DNA of 64,000 nt from an uncultured Clostridia bacterium (GTDB lineage: Bacteria > Bacillota > Clostridia > Oscillospirales > QAKW01): assembly GCA_947627315.1 (NCBI GenBank), contig CANQVN010000001.1, positions 1,656 through 65,655 of the forward strand, given 5' to 3'. Each line of letters begins with the position of its first letter. Position 1 is the stretch's first letter. Below are positions 55,685-64,000 of the stretch, in pieces. The notes below the pieces were generated by a model. The model searched no databases. It was not told the origin of the DNA and was given only the letters and a program-made list of their open reading frames with translations. The position numbers were made by a program, and so were the translations under genes.

Positions 55685-56364
55685 TGTACAGTCGCCCCCT
55701 GTTCATCCTTTTTCGCGGCGTCGTCGACTTCAAACAGACTGATTTGGTTTGCCTGCTGCGGCTCCTGCTGTGCTTTGGCGGGCTTCTCTTTTGCGGGATC
55801 CGCCTTTTTCTTGGGCTTTGAGGTGCGCGGCGGCACATACGGTCTCGGAACGAATTTTTCATCCTCGTTCTTGTCCTTGTCCACATCGACGTTCATATCG
55901 TAGAAATACTCGACCGCCCATTCGTAGCATAACTCGTCCGGGACGTCTCCGCCAATGTAGTGGTCTTCATTTTCCTCGTCGTTTAATTTCATTTCCTCCT
56001 CGAGATATTCCTTTGCCTTTTGACTTATATACCGAAAACAGTTTCGCATATTTTTGCGCGGGTGCATGACCTGCTTGGCAAACGCAACATCTTCATAACA
56101 CTTTGTCTGCACAAACTCGGTCACGCACAGTTTCATATTGCGGCGTGTCAGTCGCTCGGTGGCGTCGCCCAATCTTTTTACGGACGAGGCTATCAAAGCG
56201 TCATCGTCTACCGCGACCGCTTTTTCCCACTCGACCTGTATTTTCTCCTCGCGTGCCTTTTTCTTCGCTTCCCATTCGGCTTTGCGCTTGGCTTCGGCTT
56301 GTTCGTGCGCTTGGCGCTTGGCGTCCTCGCTTTCTGTGGCTTTAGTGTTTTTTGAAACTTCCAT
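55681..56364 (-). CDS. PcfK-like protein (family reported to include AcrIIA9-type Cas9 inhibitors)
   Basis: 227 aa. Lys/Glu-rich N-terminus. Core ...RRNMKLCVTEFVQTKCYEDVAFAKQVMHPRKNMRNCFRYISQKAKEYL.... Located directly upstream of pcfJ. Confidence 0.45.
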   Translation of the reverse strand: MEVSKNTKATESEDAKRQAHEQAEAKRKAEWEAKKKAREEKIQVEWEKAVAVDDDALIASSVKRLGDATERLTRRNMKLCVTEFVQTKCYEDVAFAKQVMHPRKNMRNCFRYISQKAKEYLEEEMKLNDEENEDHYIGGDVPDELCYEWAVEYFYDMNVDVDKDKNEDEKFVPRPYVPPRTSKPKKKADPAKEKPAKAQQEPQQANQISLFEVDDAAKKDEQGATVQ

Positions 56365-56433
56365 TTTTAACTCCTTTTTAATTGTGCAGAACGCCGCGCG
56401 GATAATTCCGTGCGGCGTTGCTGTGTTTAAGTC

Positions 56434-58101
56434 TTAATCCTCTACGGTGGATGTCGGAGAGAAATCCACCCTGCAAAATCCGTTGACGTCACAGTAAAAG
56501 TATCTGCTTTTACCGCCGTCATACAGTTCGATCACATCGGACGGCGCAATGCTCCTGCCGGGATAATCGTCCGGCAGGTCATCGTTGTAACGCCTGAAAA
56601 TCATTCTGAGCACGGTGCTTTCGGCGTCGTCTTCGGCGCACTGGAAAACACCGTCGTAAACCATTGAATAATCCTCTGCCGGAGGCTGTTCATAGCCCGC
56701 CTTGTGCAAAGCGGCTATCCCGCTGAAGGCAAACGCCTTTGTGGGACTTTCCTCGGTAAATTTCAACTGGTAAATGCGAAACGGCAGGTTTCGCCGCGAA
56801 GCCGAAAGCCGCCTTTCCAGTCCCTCATAATCTTTACGGAGATACAGCTCGTATTCCCGATCGGAAAATCCGAGAAATTCCGGCAGGGTTATCGTTTCGT
56901 CCGACGCCCTCCACTTTTCCGCATCTTTTTCAATATCGCCCAGCGTGCACAGACCGTATAAGTATCTTCGCTTAAAATTCATTAAATTTTCTTCCTCTCC
57001 TTTTTTCCTGTTCCGCAGCGCAAGCAGCCAGTCGTCAATGCCTTTGTAATTGGGGTTCCATGTAAGACGCTCAAATGACATTTCGTGTTTTTTTGCCATG
57101 CGGTACATCGCGAAAACGCCGCGGTTTACGTGGACGTTTCTGAATTTATCCATATCGACCGCCTCGATGATTTTCTGCGCTCCGTTTTCGGAAAGCAGAG
57201 CAAAAAGCATATCCAGCGGCGCCGTATTGTTAACGCCCATGACGGCGGCAAACGTTCTGCCGGTCAGATAGTGGGCGATGTCCGCCTTGAGCGGTCCTTC
57301 CGTCACGTATACAACGCGGGAGAACGGGTCGCCCGTAAAATGCGCCGAACTGCCGGACGAAACGCCCATCGGCTTGCCCGACGAAGAGAAGTTGATGTAT
57401 TTCGCTCCGGGCTTACCCTTGTCGTCGCACAGCGGAACGTCCGGTCGGATCTGAAATCCGTGAACGGTGCCGTTCACTCCGCGCAGCGGTATGATGATCC
57501 CTGCGGTCTTTGTGGAAAAATTCATTGTCCACCTGCCGTCCCTTTGGTAAAAGCCGGGTACTCCCTTGACGGTGTATCCCTGCTTTATCAAGCGGCTTGT
57601 CAGCGACTCGCACATACAAAACGGCGGTGTGGATTTATACCCCGACCGTTGTATCTGCTCGTCGGTAAGCCCGCGCACCTGCGTTAGATGCAGTCTGTGC
57701 CTGTCGGACAAGGCGAGCATATCGAGCAGCGCGGAAAGCGTGCGATGGATAACGGGATTTTCCGCCCGATCCGTGACGGTGTGCGCCTCGGCGGGTGCTT
57801 TGTTTTGCTTTGGTTTGTCATAAAGCGTTCCGTTTTGAATGCTGCCGCAAATTTCATGAAACGCGTCGGAATTGCTTGCGAGGCGTTTGAATTTTGCATA
57901 CAGCGACAACATGCCGCCCGACTGCCCGCAATAGTTGCATCGCCACACGTTTTTTTCATAGCATACCTTCATTTTTCCGCGGCTGTCGCCGCAAAACGGG
58001 CAGTTTGTATACACTCCGTCACAGCACTGCCTGCGAATATGCAGGTTCAGCAAATGCACAACGTCCTCAATGTCAAACGGAAAATCCCCCGATTGACCCA
58101 T
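56434..58101 (-). CDS. DNA primase: CHC2-type zinc finger + TOPRIM, with a YodL-like C-terminal domain
   Basis: CPFCGDSRGKMKV...WRCNYCGQSGG. TOPRIM motifs VYVTEGPLKADI and IIEAVDMDK. C-terminal FRIYQLKF...YSMVYDG. Confidence 0.7.
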   Translation of the reverse strand: MGQSGDFPFDIEDVVHLLNLHIRRQCCDGVYTNCPFCGDSRGKMKVCYEKNVWRCNYCGQSGGMLSLYAKFKRLASNSDAFHEICGSIQNGTLYDKPKQNKAPAEAHTVTDRAENPVIHRTLSALLDMLALSDRHRLHLTQVRGLTDEQIQRSGYKSTPPFCMCESLTSRLIKQGYTVKGVPGFYQRDGRWTMNFSTKTAGIIIPLRGVNGTVHGFQIRPDVPLCDDKGKPGAKYINFSSSGKPMGVSSGSSAHFTGDPFSRVVYVTEGPLKADIAHYLTGRTFAAVMGVNNTAPLDMLFALLSENGAQKIIEAVDMDKFRNVHVNRGVFAMYRMAKKHEMSFERLTWNPNYKGIDDWLLALRNRKKGEEENLMNFKRRYLYGLCTLGDIEKDAEKWRASDETITLPEFLGFSDREYELYLRKDYEGLERRLSASRRNLPFRIYQLKFTEESPTKAFAFSGIAALHKAGYEQPPAEDYSMVYDGVFQCAEDDAESTVLRMIFRRYNDDLPDDYPGRSIAPSDVIELYDGGKSRYFYCDVNGFCRVDFSPTSTVED

Positions 58102-58134
58102 AGTCCATCTCCTCCCGTAATAAGCCGCGCAGCA

Positions 58135-58908
58135 TCAGGCAGCGTTTTGCAGCATGATTTTTGCGGCGGCGCGGAGAATGTTGTCCTTGCCCTGATAGCC
58201 CTGAACATAGAATTTAAGGCTTGCGGGCCGCCTGTCGGCAACCTGCGCGATTGTCCAACCGCTGCACGCGCCGTCCTTTACGACGTATTCTTTTGCCTGT
58301 TCCGTTGTCATAACGGAGCAGATTTCGTCAACCGTCATATCTTCCGAATAGGCGGGCGTTTCCGCCTCCGCTGTCGGCTCAGGCAACGCTTCGGCTTTTT
58401 GCTGCTCGACCTGCTCAGCGGTGTTCTGCTCCTCCGATGCGGTCGCCTCCGCCTTCGGTTCTGCCGGAGCGGGAACCGCTTTTGTCGGCACGTCGGCGTC
58501 TTCGGACGTTTCCGCCGTCTGCGGCTTGCAGGGAATAAACTGCACGCCGAATCCCGCGTCGGACAATGCCCGGTCTATGGCGGTATTCTGCGCCTTTTTG
58601 ATATAATCCCTATCCGTTTCGTTCTTTTCACACTCGGCGATGTAACTTGCAACCGGGTCGGCGTCGCGCCTGTCTAAGAATACGCGCGCCTCGATGATGG
58701 CGAGTTGATCGGTGAGCTTCACGAGAAACGGACGGACGATACCGTTTGGGTATTTTAATCTGAACCACAGTTTTTTGTACGGTAAATCGAGCGTCAGCCC
58801 CGTCTTTGTGTTTCTGACATATTGCAGCGGGTCAAAGCCCTTTACGCTGTTCAGTTCGGATACCACGGGGTTTACATGATACAGTGTTGTAAAGTCGGAT
58901 GCGTTCAT
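58135..58908 (-). CDS. Rad52/Sak-like single-strand annealing protein (N-terminal domain) with an unknown C-terminal domain
   Basis: LDLPYKKLWFRLKYPNG...IIEARVF...YIKKAQNTAIDRALSDAGFGVQF is a Rad52/22-family-like signature, followed by a low-complexity linker. Confidence 0.45.
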   Translation of the reverse strand: MNASDFTTLYHVNPVVSELNSVKGFDPLQYVRNTKTGLTLDLPYKKLWFRLKYPNGIVRPFLVKLTDQLAIIEARVFLDRRDADPVASYIAECEKNETDRDYIKKAQNTAIDRALSDAGFGVQFIPCKPQTAETSEDADVPTKAVPAPAEPKAEATASEEQNTAEQVEQQKAEALPEPTAEAETPAYSEDMTVDEICSVMTTEQAKEYVVKDGACSGWTIAQVADRRPASLKFYVQGYQGKDNILRAAAKIMLQNAA

Positions 58909-58970
58909 AAGTCAATAAGACTCCTTTCATAAATAAATACAATTGATTTGTGGCAGTTTCCGCAATCGTT

Positions 58971-61220
58971 TCAGCTTGCTTGTTTCAATTCGCTTTTGTG
59001 AAGCGACTGAACCTTTAAATAATTGTTGATGCGTTCGCCCAGCGCGGTGTTGCGGACGCCCGTATCGTTTCTGCCTATCGCCATAATGAGCATTCCTTTT
59101 TGCCCTATCAGAATTACTTTGCGCTTGGCACGGGTAATGGCGGTGTAGATAAGCGTTCTTTTGAGCATGATGGCGTGACTGCGAATGATCGGCAAAATGA
59201 CAACGTCGTATTCCGAACCCATCGCTTTGTGGACGGTGGTGGCATACGCAAGCTCGACGTTTGCCATATCCTCCATTCCGTATTTGACCGTCCGATCTTC
59301 GCCAAAGGATATGACCACTTCGATATCGCCTTTGTCGTTTGTACGGATATCCTGTATAAAGCCGATATCGCCGTTGGACGCCGCCGTGCTGTTTTTCGTC
59401 TGCATCACTTTATCGTTGCAGCGAAAATACTTGCCGCCGACCTTCAGATCGGGCATATCGTCCCGGACGGGATTGACCATTTCTCTCAATACGATGTTGA
59501 GATTGTCAACCGCCGCTTCACCCTCCGAGCGGAACGGCGAGAGGATCTGTACCCGGTCAATGCCGTATTTGCTCACACGGTCGCAAAACACATCGCAAAT
59601 GACGGACGCCGCCTCCTGCTGCGTCGTGCATTTCATAAATCTGAAATCCTCGCCGTAGGTAAGCGCGCTTTGTCCCGCGTTGATGCTCTGCGCGTTGTAA
59701 GCAATAAGGCTGTCCTTTTTCTGGCGAAATATCTCGCCGAGCCTTGTAACGGGGATGTTGCCGCAGTTTATAAGCTCGCGAAAAACATCGCCCGCGCCGA
59801 CGCTTTGCAGTTGATCGGCGTCTCCGACCAGGACAACCAAGGTTTTTGGGTCGATCCGCGAAAAGAACCGATCGGCAAGCCACATATCCACCATGGAACT
59901 CTCGTCTATGATAATCAGGTCTGCTTCAAGCGGCGCAGTTTTGCCGCCCTTCGGGATAAATTCGCTGTCACCCACGAGCCCAAGCAGACTGTGCAGCGTG
60001 CTTGCGTCTTTTCGTCTGGTGCTTTCAGCCATACGGCGGCTTGCACGCCCCGTAGGTGCGGCAAGCAGGATCTTCCCTTTCGGATACAGGTATTCAAAAA
60101 CCTTTATGACGGCGCGAAGGACTGTTGTTTTGCCGGTGCCCGGTCCGCCTGTTATGATGGATAGTTTGCTTCTGAAAGCCATATATACGGCTTCCGTTTG
60201 CTTTTGGGAGAGCGTGATGCCCAACGTGTCCCTGACGCTTGCCAGCGCGGTGCGCACGTCGGAGTCCTTTGTTTTTTCGGAGAGCATTTTGGCGATTTTA
60301 CAAGCCGTTTCATCCTCCTGAACAAAGCATTTCGTTTGGTATATCCGTCCGTCGCTGCTCACCACTTCGCCTTTCAGTATCATTTGCTTCAGCACGGCGT
60401 CGATCTCCTCTTTTGAAACGTTTATCTGCGGCTCGGGGAGTTTTTCGTTTAACAGTTTTGAAGCCGTATGCAAAAGTTTTTCACCGCTTAAAAACAGATG
60501 TCCGTTATCGTTTTTCTGCGTATCCAACGCCGCGAAGATCGCGCCGTGTATCCGCATCGGCGCGTTCGGCTTACAGTCGCCTTTTAACACGATGGCGTCG
60601 ACACGCTTGAACCCGAAGCCGGATATGCGGCACAGTTCATACGGATCGTTTTGCAGTATTTCCACGCTTTTCGCGCCGAAATACTCGTAAATTTTCGCCG
60701 CCGTTACCGGTGTGACGTTAAACGGAGAGAGCAGTATCATCAAGTCTCTGAGCGATCGGCTCTGTTCGCATGAATTTACGATGCCGTCCAGCTTTTCGCG
60801 GGTAATGCCCTTGATTTCAAGCAGTCTTTCCGGTTCGTTTTCCAATACATTCAGCGAATCGGCGCCGAACCGCTCTACGATCAAAGCGGCGGTTTTCTCT
60901 CCGACGCCTTTTATGAGATGAGAGGAGAGATAGCCCTGTATACCGTCTTTGGTCTGCGGCACGATCTCTTCACAACTTTTCACCTGAAGCTGATACCCGT
61001 GCTTTCCGTTCTGCCAATCGCCGTCCAAAATCATGCTGACTTTATCGGTCAGGGGCAGTCCGTAACCCACGGCTACAAAGCGGATCAAATGATCTCTGTG
61101 CCTGTACGCGCTGCGTGCCTCTTGCGGTACGCTTCTGTCCGATGTTTTTACGCTTATAACGCAATATTTGCTTGTCGGGCTGTAAAATATAGTTCGGTCA
61201 TAAACGCCGAGATAGCCCAT
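58971..61220 (-). CDS. RecD2/TraA-like SF1B helicase
   Basis: RBS AGGAGG. Motifs ITGGPGTGKTT, IIIDESSMVD and ATTVHKAMGSEYDVVILP. N-terminal HhH-like repeats. Confidence 0.8.
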   Translation of the reverse strand: MGYLGVYDRTIFYSPTSKYCVISVKTSDRSVPQEARSAYRHRDHLIRFVAVGYGLPLTDKVSMILDGDWQNGKHGYQLQVKSCEEIVPQTKDGIQGYLSSHLIKGVGEKTAALIVERFGADSLNVLENEPERLLEIKGITREKLDGIVNSCEQSRSLRDLMILLSPFNVTPVTAAKIYEYFGAKSVEILQNDPYELCRISGFGFKRVDAIVLKGDCKPNAPMRIHGAIFAALDTQKNDNGHLFLSGEKLLHTASKLLNEKLPEPQINVSKEEIDAVLKQMILKGEVVSSDGRIYQTKCFVQEDETACKIAKMLSEKTKDSDVRTALASVRDTLGITLSQKQTEAVYMAFRSKLSIITGGPGTGKTTVLRAVIKVFEYLYPKGKILLAAPTGRASRRMAESTRRKDASTLHSLLGLVGDSEFIPKGGKTAPLEADLIIIDESSMVDMWLADRFFSRIDPKTLVVLVGDADQLQSVGAGDVFRELINCGNIPVTRLGEIFRQKKDSLIAYNAQSINAGQSALTYGEDFRFMKCTTQQEAASVICDVFCDRVSKYGIDRVQILSPFRSEGEAAVDNLNIVLREMVNPVRDDMPDLKVGGKYFRCNDKVMQTKNSTAASNGDIGFIQDIRTNDKGDIEVVISFGEDRTVKYGMEDMANVELAYATTVHKAMGSEYDVVILPIIRSHAIMLKRTLIYTAITRAKRKVILIGQKGMLIMAIGRNDTGVRNTALGERINNYLKVQSLHKSELKQAS

Positions 61221-61292
61221 GCCGATACCTCCTTTAACGGATTATTCCGGTGCGGTTTTGCTTTCATATTGAACCACCGTTCCTTTCTTTAC

Positions 61293-62339
61293 TCACGCCG
61301 CATTTTCCTGCGCTCTTTTTACATAAAACCGTCTGCTTTCGGTAAACGTCACATACTCGCTATAGATGTCGGGGTGCCGCATTTGCAGGCGAAGCAGATC
61401 GTCCTTTGCCACGGTTGGCTTTCTGCTTGAATTATACGTCACGGTAAAGGACTCCCCGCCGTTTGAGCATACCGCCTTGCAGCTTGTCCCCATCTCCGCG
61501 ACTATAAACCCCTGCAATCGCTTCATTTCCTTTTCAATGTCTTTTGATTTTCCATCGGCGATTTTCTTTTGCGCCTGTAGTTCGGTAAAACGCTTAATGT
61601 AACTTAACAGTTGAAATTTAAGCTCCACCTGCGGTGCCGATGCATCGCACGGTCCGAAGTGATTTTTTACGCTGTTCAGAATAAGCGTGCCGTCCTCCGT
61701 ATAGGGCGGAGGTTCTTTTTTTAGAACATGATTGTTCCAGAAATTGCCCTCCAACGCGATAAGTTCTTCTTCATAAGCCGTGTCCCGCTCTACATGGCGA
61801 ATGCACACCTCGTCCTCGCTGTTGCCGTAAAGGCAGCAGTAATAAACGTGGTTCAGGTTCATCACGCACATATAATGTCTGCCCTGTATTTCGTAGTTGA
61901 CGGGGATCACCTCTCTGCCGTCCTGCCACCAGTGGTCTTTTGCATTGTAGTTGGTGGTCTTGATTTCCAGGATCGCGGTCTCGCCGTTCGGCAACGTGAT
62001 AAAGTAGTCGACGTCCGCCAACATAAACGTATGTTTCGGGTGTCGGAACATCTTATGAATCTGATAGATTTCAAAGCCTGTTTTGACCTTGAAAATTTCC
62101 GCCACCAGATCCTCAAGCAGATGACCTATGCGTTTTTTGACCCAATCGCCGTCCTCCTCAAAAGAAACGATATTCAATTTGTCGTAATACAGATCTCTTG
62201 CGGTGGCAAACGGGGAAACGCCGAGTACAGCCGCGGCGTCGCTGCCGCCGATACCCAGTCGTCTGTAGTTCAGCCAGTCTTTTTTGGAAAGCCCGGCAGT
62301 TTCTACGATAACGTCCGGTTTGTATGTTTCCTTTTCCAT
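61293..62339 (-). CDS. YqaJ-type viral recombinase exonuclease with a C-terminal extension
   Basis: Internal ATG at 62339 (RBS GAGG). WLNYRRLGIGGSDAAAVLGVSPFATARDLYYDK...ILEIKTT. Confidence 0.7.
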   Translation of the reverse strand: MEKETYKPDVIVETAGLSKKDWLNYRRLGIGGSDAAAVLGVSPFATARDLYYDKLNIVSFEEDGDWVKKRIGHLLEDLVAEIFKVKTGFEIYQIHKMFRHPKHTFMLADVDYFITLPNGETAILEIKTTNYNAKDHWWQDGREVIPVNYEIQGRHYMCVMNLNHVYYCCLYGNSEDEVCIRHVERDTAYEEELIALEGNFWNNHVLKKEPPPYTEDGTLILNSVKNHFGPCDASAPQVELKFQLLSYIKRFTELQAQKKIADGKSKDIEKEMKRLQGFIVAEMGTSCKAVCSNGGESFTVTYNSSRKPTVAKDDLLRLQMRHPDIYSEYVTFTESRRFYVKRAQENAA

Positions 62340-62633
62340 TTTTAAGTACCTCTGTTTCTTGTTCTTTGCGATATTGCGGCAGGGATATACACTGCCCGTA
62401 TCGGGTATTTCATTTGTTTTCTTGCCTCCTTTCTCCATGCTTGCCGCAGCGCGGCGCACCGTCCGATGTGCCGTCTGCGATGCCTGTGCCTTCTTCTCAT
62501 CATTTTTCCGCCTTTCTTGAAATATTCCAAACACCGTAAGGTGATTTTGGCAATAAAAAAGCGAGAACGGCACAATAGATTAAAGTCGCCTGCAAAAGCA
62601 GAGCCGATGCCATTCTCACTAAAAATTAAAAAT

Positions 62634-62760
62634 AAAAAAAGCCGATAAAATCATACCGTCAAAGGACGGTTGATACTATCGGCTGAATATACAAACTTAA
62701 CAACTTGTGCAATGCAGATCGTTCTGCGATCCGTTAAGGAAAAGCACATAAATCAATGAC
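62634..62760 (-). ncRNA. Candidate ~125-nt structured leader/sRNA ending in a strong intrinsic terminator (paralog of 28407-28534)
   Basis: The minus strand carries TTGATTTATGTGC and GCATTGCACAAGTTGTTAAGTTTGTATATTCA. A long hairpin at 62640-62684 is followed by TTTTTTT. It lies between the promoter and the yqaJ-like gene. Confidence 0.45.
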
Positions 62761-62795
62761 AACTATAATATACCACAATATATTGTAGTTGTCAA
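62756..62795. promoter_or_regulatory. Palindromic region carrying two interleaved divergent promoters (leftward: leader + DNA-processing operon; rightward: toward xis/int)
   Basis: 16-bp arms TGACAACTATAATATA / TATATTGTAGTTGTCA (1 mismatch). Minus strand: TTGACA-N17-TATATT. Plus strand: ATGACA-N17-TATATT. Confidence 0.55.
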
Positions 62796-63078
62796 TAGCG
62801 TTTATCTACATATTGATTTTTCAAAAAGCCTTTGCGGAAAACAAAGGGTACGGCTTATATTTATATTATGAAAAGGTACACGAAAGTGTGCCGATGTACA
62901 TTGAAAACCGAATAGTTCCCGCCGGGAGTTATACGGGATTTGCGGAAAGTATGCCACGACGCGGCTGCCGAGCGTGCCCGCAGATGAAACAGCGCACAGC
63001 GCGACCCGAAAATACGCACTTTGAGAGAGTGCAGGAAATGGCCCGGAACGGGAATGCCGAAATAAAAGGAGGAAAAAT

Positions 63079-63285
63079 ATGTTTATAAATACAGAAGAAA
63101 TACCTGTAACATTCGGAGCAGCGGAGTTATCATCTATACTCGGTATTTCGAGAAACAAGGCATATGAACTGATCCATACTGCGGGGTTTCCCAAATACCG
63201 GATAGGCAGAAAAATCATTATAAGTAAAAAGCATTTTTTAGAATGGATGGACAGGCAATTTGATGAATCCAATCGGCTGTATTAA
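63079..63285 (+). CDS. xis: Excisionase / MerR-type HTH DNA-binding protein
   Basis: RBS AAAGGAGG. 68 aa. FGAAELSSILGISRNKAYELIHTAGFPKYRIGRKIIISKKHFLEWM. Confidence 0.7.
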   Translation: MFINTEEIPVTFGAAELSSILGISRNKAYELIHTAGFPKYRIGRKIIISKKHFLEWMDRQFDESNRLY

Positions 63286-63406
63286 AAAATGTTGAAAACA
63301 GCAATGTCCCCGTCGTATAATAATTAGACGGAGTAAAAACCCAAAGGTCCTTTAACCCGAAACATGCAAAACAATGCTTTTTGCTCAAAAAGGAGGTATA
63401 TTTTTA

Positions 63407-64000
63407 GTGAGCAGAAAGAAAGCAAACGGAGAGGGCTCCATCAGCAAGCGTTCGGACGGACGGTATATGGCGCGTTACACCGTAAACGGCAAAAGAAAAT
63501 ACATCTACGGTGCAACACACGGCGAAGTTCGTGAAAAACTTAACGAGAAACTTAATGAGATCGCAAAAGGCGAGTATATTGAACCAAATAAAGAAACCGT
63601 AGAAAAATGGCTCAAGGATTGGTTGGTAACGTATGCGCTGCCGACAGTTAAGCAATCGACCTACATTTCTTATGAAAGTTATATTCGCCTTCACATTTGT
63701 CCGCAGCTTGGCAATGTTGCACTGACTGCGCTGACGATAGAGCGATTGCAACTGTTTTTCAATCGTCTGAGCATTGACACGAATCAAAGAAAATCTCTGT
63801 CCCCCAAATCCATAAGGAATATCTACAATATGTTCCACGAAGCATTGGATCAGGCGGTGATCAATCGTAAAATTATACGCAACCCGCTTATTGGAATTAA
63901 ACTGCCCAAAATAGTCAAACAGGAAATACGCATTTTAAGTTTGGACGAACAGGCAAAATTGCAGAGCGCGGCATTCGACGCGCCTGAGCCGCAGGCATAC
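63407..64000 (+). CDS. int: ICE tyrosine integrase (3' end beyond the window)
   Basis: GTG start 10 nt after AGGAGG, so absent from the ATG-based track. GEGSISKRSDGRYMARYTVNGKRKYIYGATHGEVREKL arm-binding domain followed by a SAM-like core-binding domain. The frame stays open to the window edge. Confidence 0.8.
   Translation, partial: MSRKKANGEGSISKRSDGRYMARYTVNGKRKYIYGATHGEVREKLNEKLNEIAKGEYIEPNKETVEKWLKDWLVTYALPTVKQSTYISYESYIRLHICPQLGNVALTALTIERLQLFFNRLSIDTNQRKSLSPKSIRNIYNMFHEALDQAVINRKIIRNPLIGIKLPKIVKQEIRILSLDEQAKLQSAAFDAPEPQAY

Larger units (their letters stand above)
2045..64000. mobile_element. Integrative conjugative element (ICE), Firmicutes-type T4SS, integrated in tRNA-fMet; right end lies beyond the window
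   Basis: tRNA-fragment junction at the left. VirB4, VirD4, VirB6-like, cell-wall hydrolase, sortase/adhesin, ssb, primase and PcfJ/PcfK-like genes inside. Excisionase and tyrosine integrase at the right edge. Confidence 0.85.

Noticed and set aside
57085-60164. Plus-strand ORFs 57085-57687, 57688-58677 and 59100-60164 (200-354 aa)
   Set aside because: They are antisense to the well-supported primase, annealing-protein and RecD-like genes. They have no motifs, and their composition is typical of shadow ORFs.
62789-63272. ORFs 62789-63088 (+) and 62802-63272 (-) upstream of or over xis, and a possible riboswitch in the GC-rich 62880-63060 leader
   Set aside because: The two ORFs overlap each other and the xis gene and have no RBS or family. 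The leader has local hairpins (e.g. GGTACAC-GAAA-GTGTGCC), but I could not match it to any riboswitch consensus I know. Left as an unexplained 5' leader.
1-64000. CRISPR arrays, rRNA genes, IS elements with terminal inverted repeats and a transposase
   Set aside because: No regularly spaced direct repeats, rRNA-like sequence or DDE/HUH transposase-like ORFs were seen on either strand.

Overview
The first ~2 kb is chromosomal: the 3' part of a DUF2961/GH172-like gene, then a truncated initiator-tRNA(fMet) gene with its own terminator. The rest of the window (~2045 to beyond 64000) is a Firmicutes/Clostridia-type integrative conjugative element (ICE) inserted into that tRNA, running off the right edge in its xis/int module.

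ICE backbone, left to right:
- Regulators, then a type IV secretion block: VirB2-like, VirB6-like, a C39-like cell-wall hydrolase, a VirB3-VirB4 fusion and VirD4. A Phd/RelE toxin-antitoxin pair sits inside this block.
- A surface module: S1-domain protein, CAP lipoprotein, a ~1670-aa VaFE/Cna-B-type adhesin ending in PPKTG, and a class B sortase.
- An accessory stretch with a sigma factor and a two-gene AAA-ATPase + RloB (AbiL/OLD-like) defence pair.
- A leading-region-like block: ssb, a DUF932-like gene, a sigma-like gene and an N6-methyltransferase-SNF2 helicase fusion.
- A Tn916 orf7/orf8-like sigma pair and an XRE regulator.
- On the minus strand, a DNA-processing operon: YqaJ exonuclease, RecD2-like helicase, Rad52-like annealing protein, zinc-finger/TOPRIM primase, PcfK-like and PcfJ-like proteins.

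A visibly AT-richer island (by eye, not computed) is nested at ~38.15-53.55 kb and has its own tyrosine integrase.

Observations I consider most worth follow-up:
1. Two paralogous copies, about 34 kb apart and in opposite orientation, of a module made of a consensus promoter, a ~125-nt structured leader and an intrinsic terminator. They sit in front of the ssb operon and the exonuclease/helicase/primase operon.
2. The island integrase gene is bracketed by perfect 26-bp inverted repeats.
3. An island operon encodes a hyper-acidic protein with a C-terminal HExxH domain, an overlapping small ORF and two tandem adenylate-forming enzymes.
4. An island cluster encodes a YdjI-like SPFH/zinc-ribbon protein, a membrane protein, a zinc-ribbon/TM/TPR protein and a large FtsK/HerA-type ATPase.

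All family assignments come from motif recognition by eye. No searches were run.
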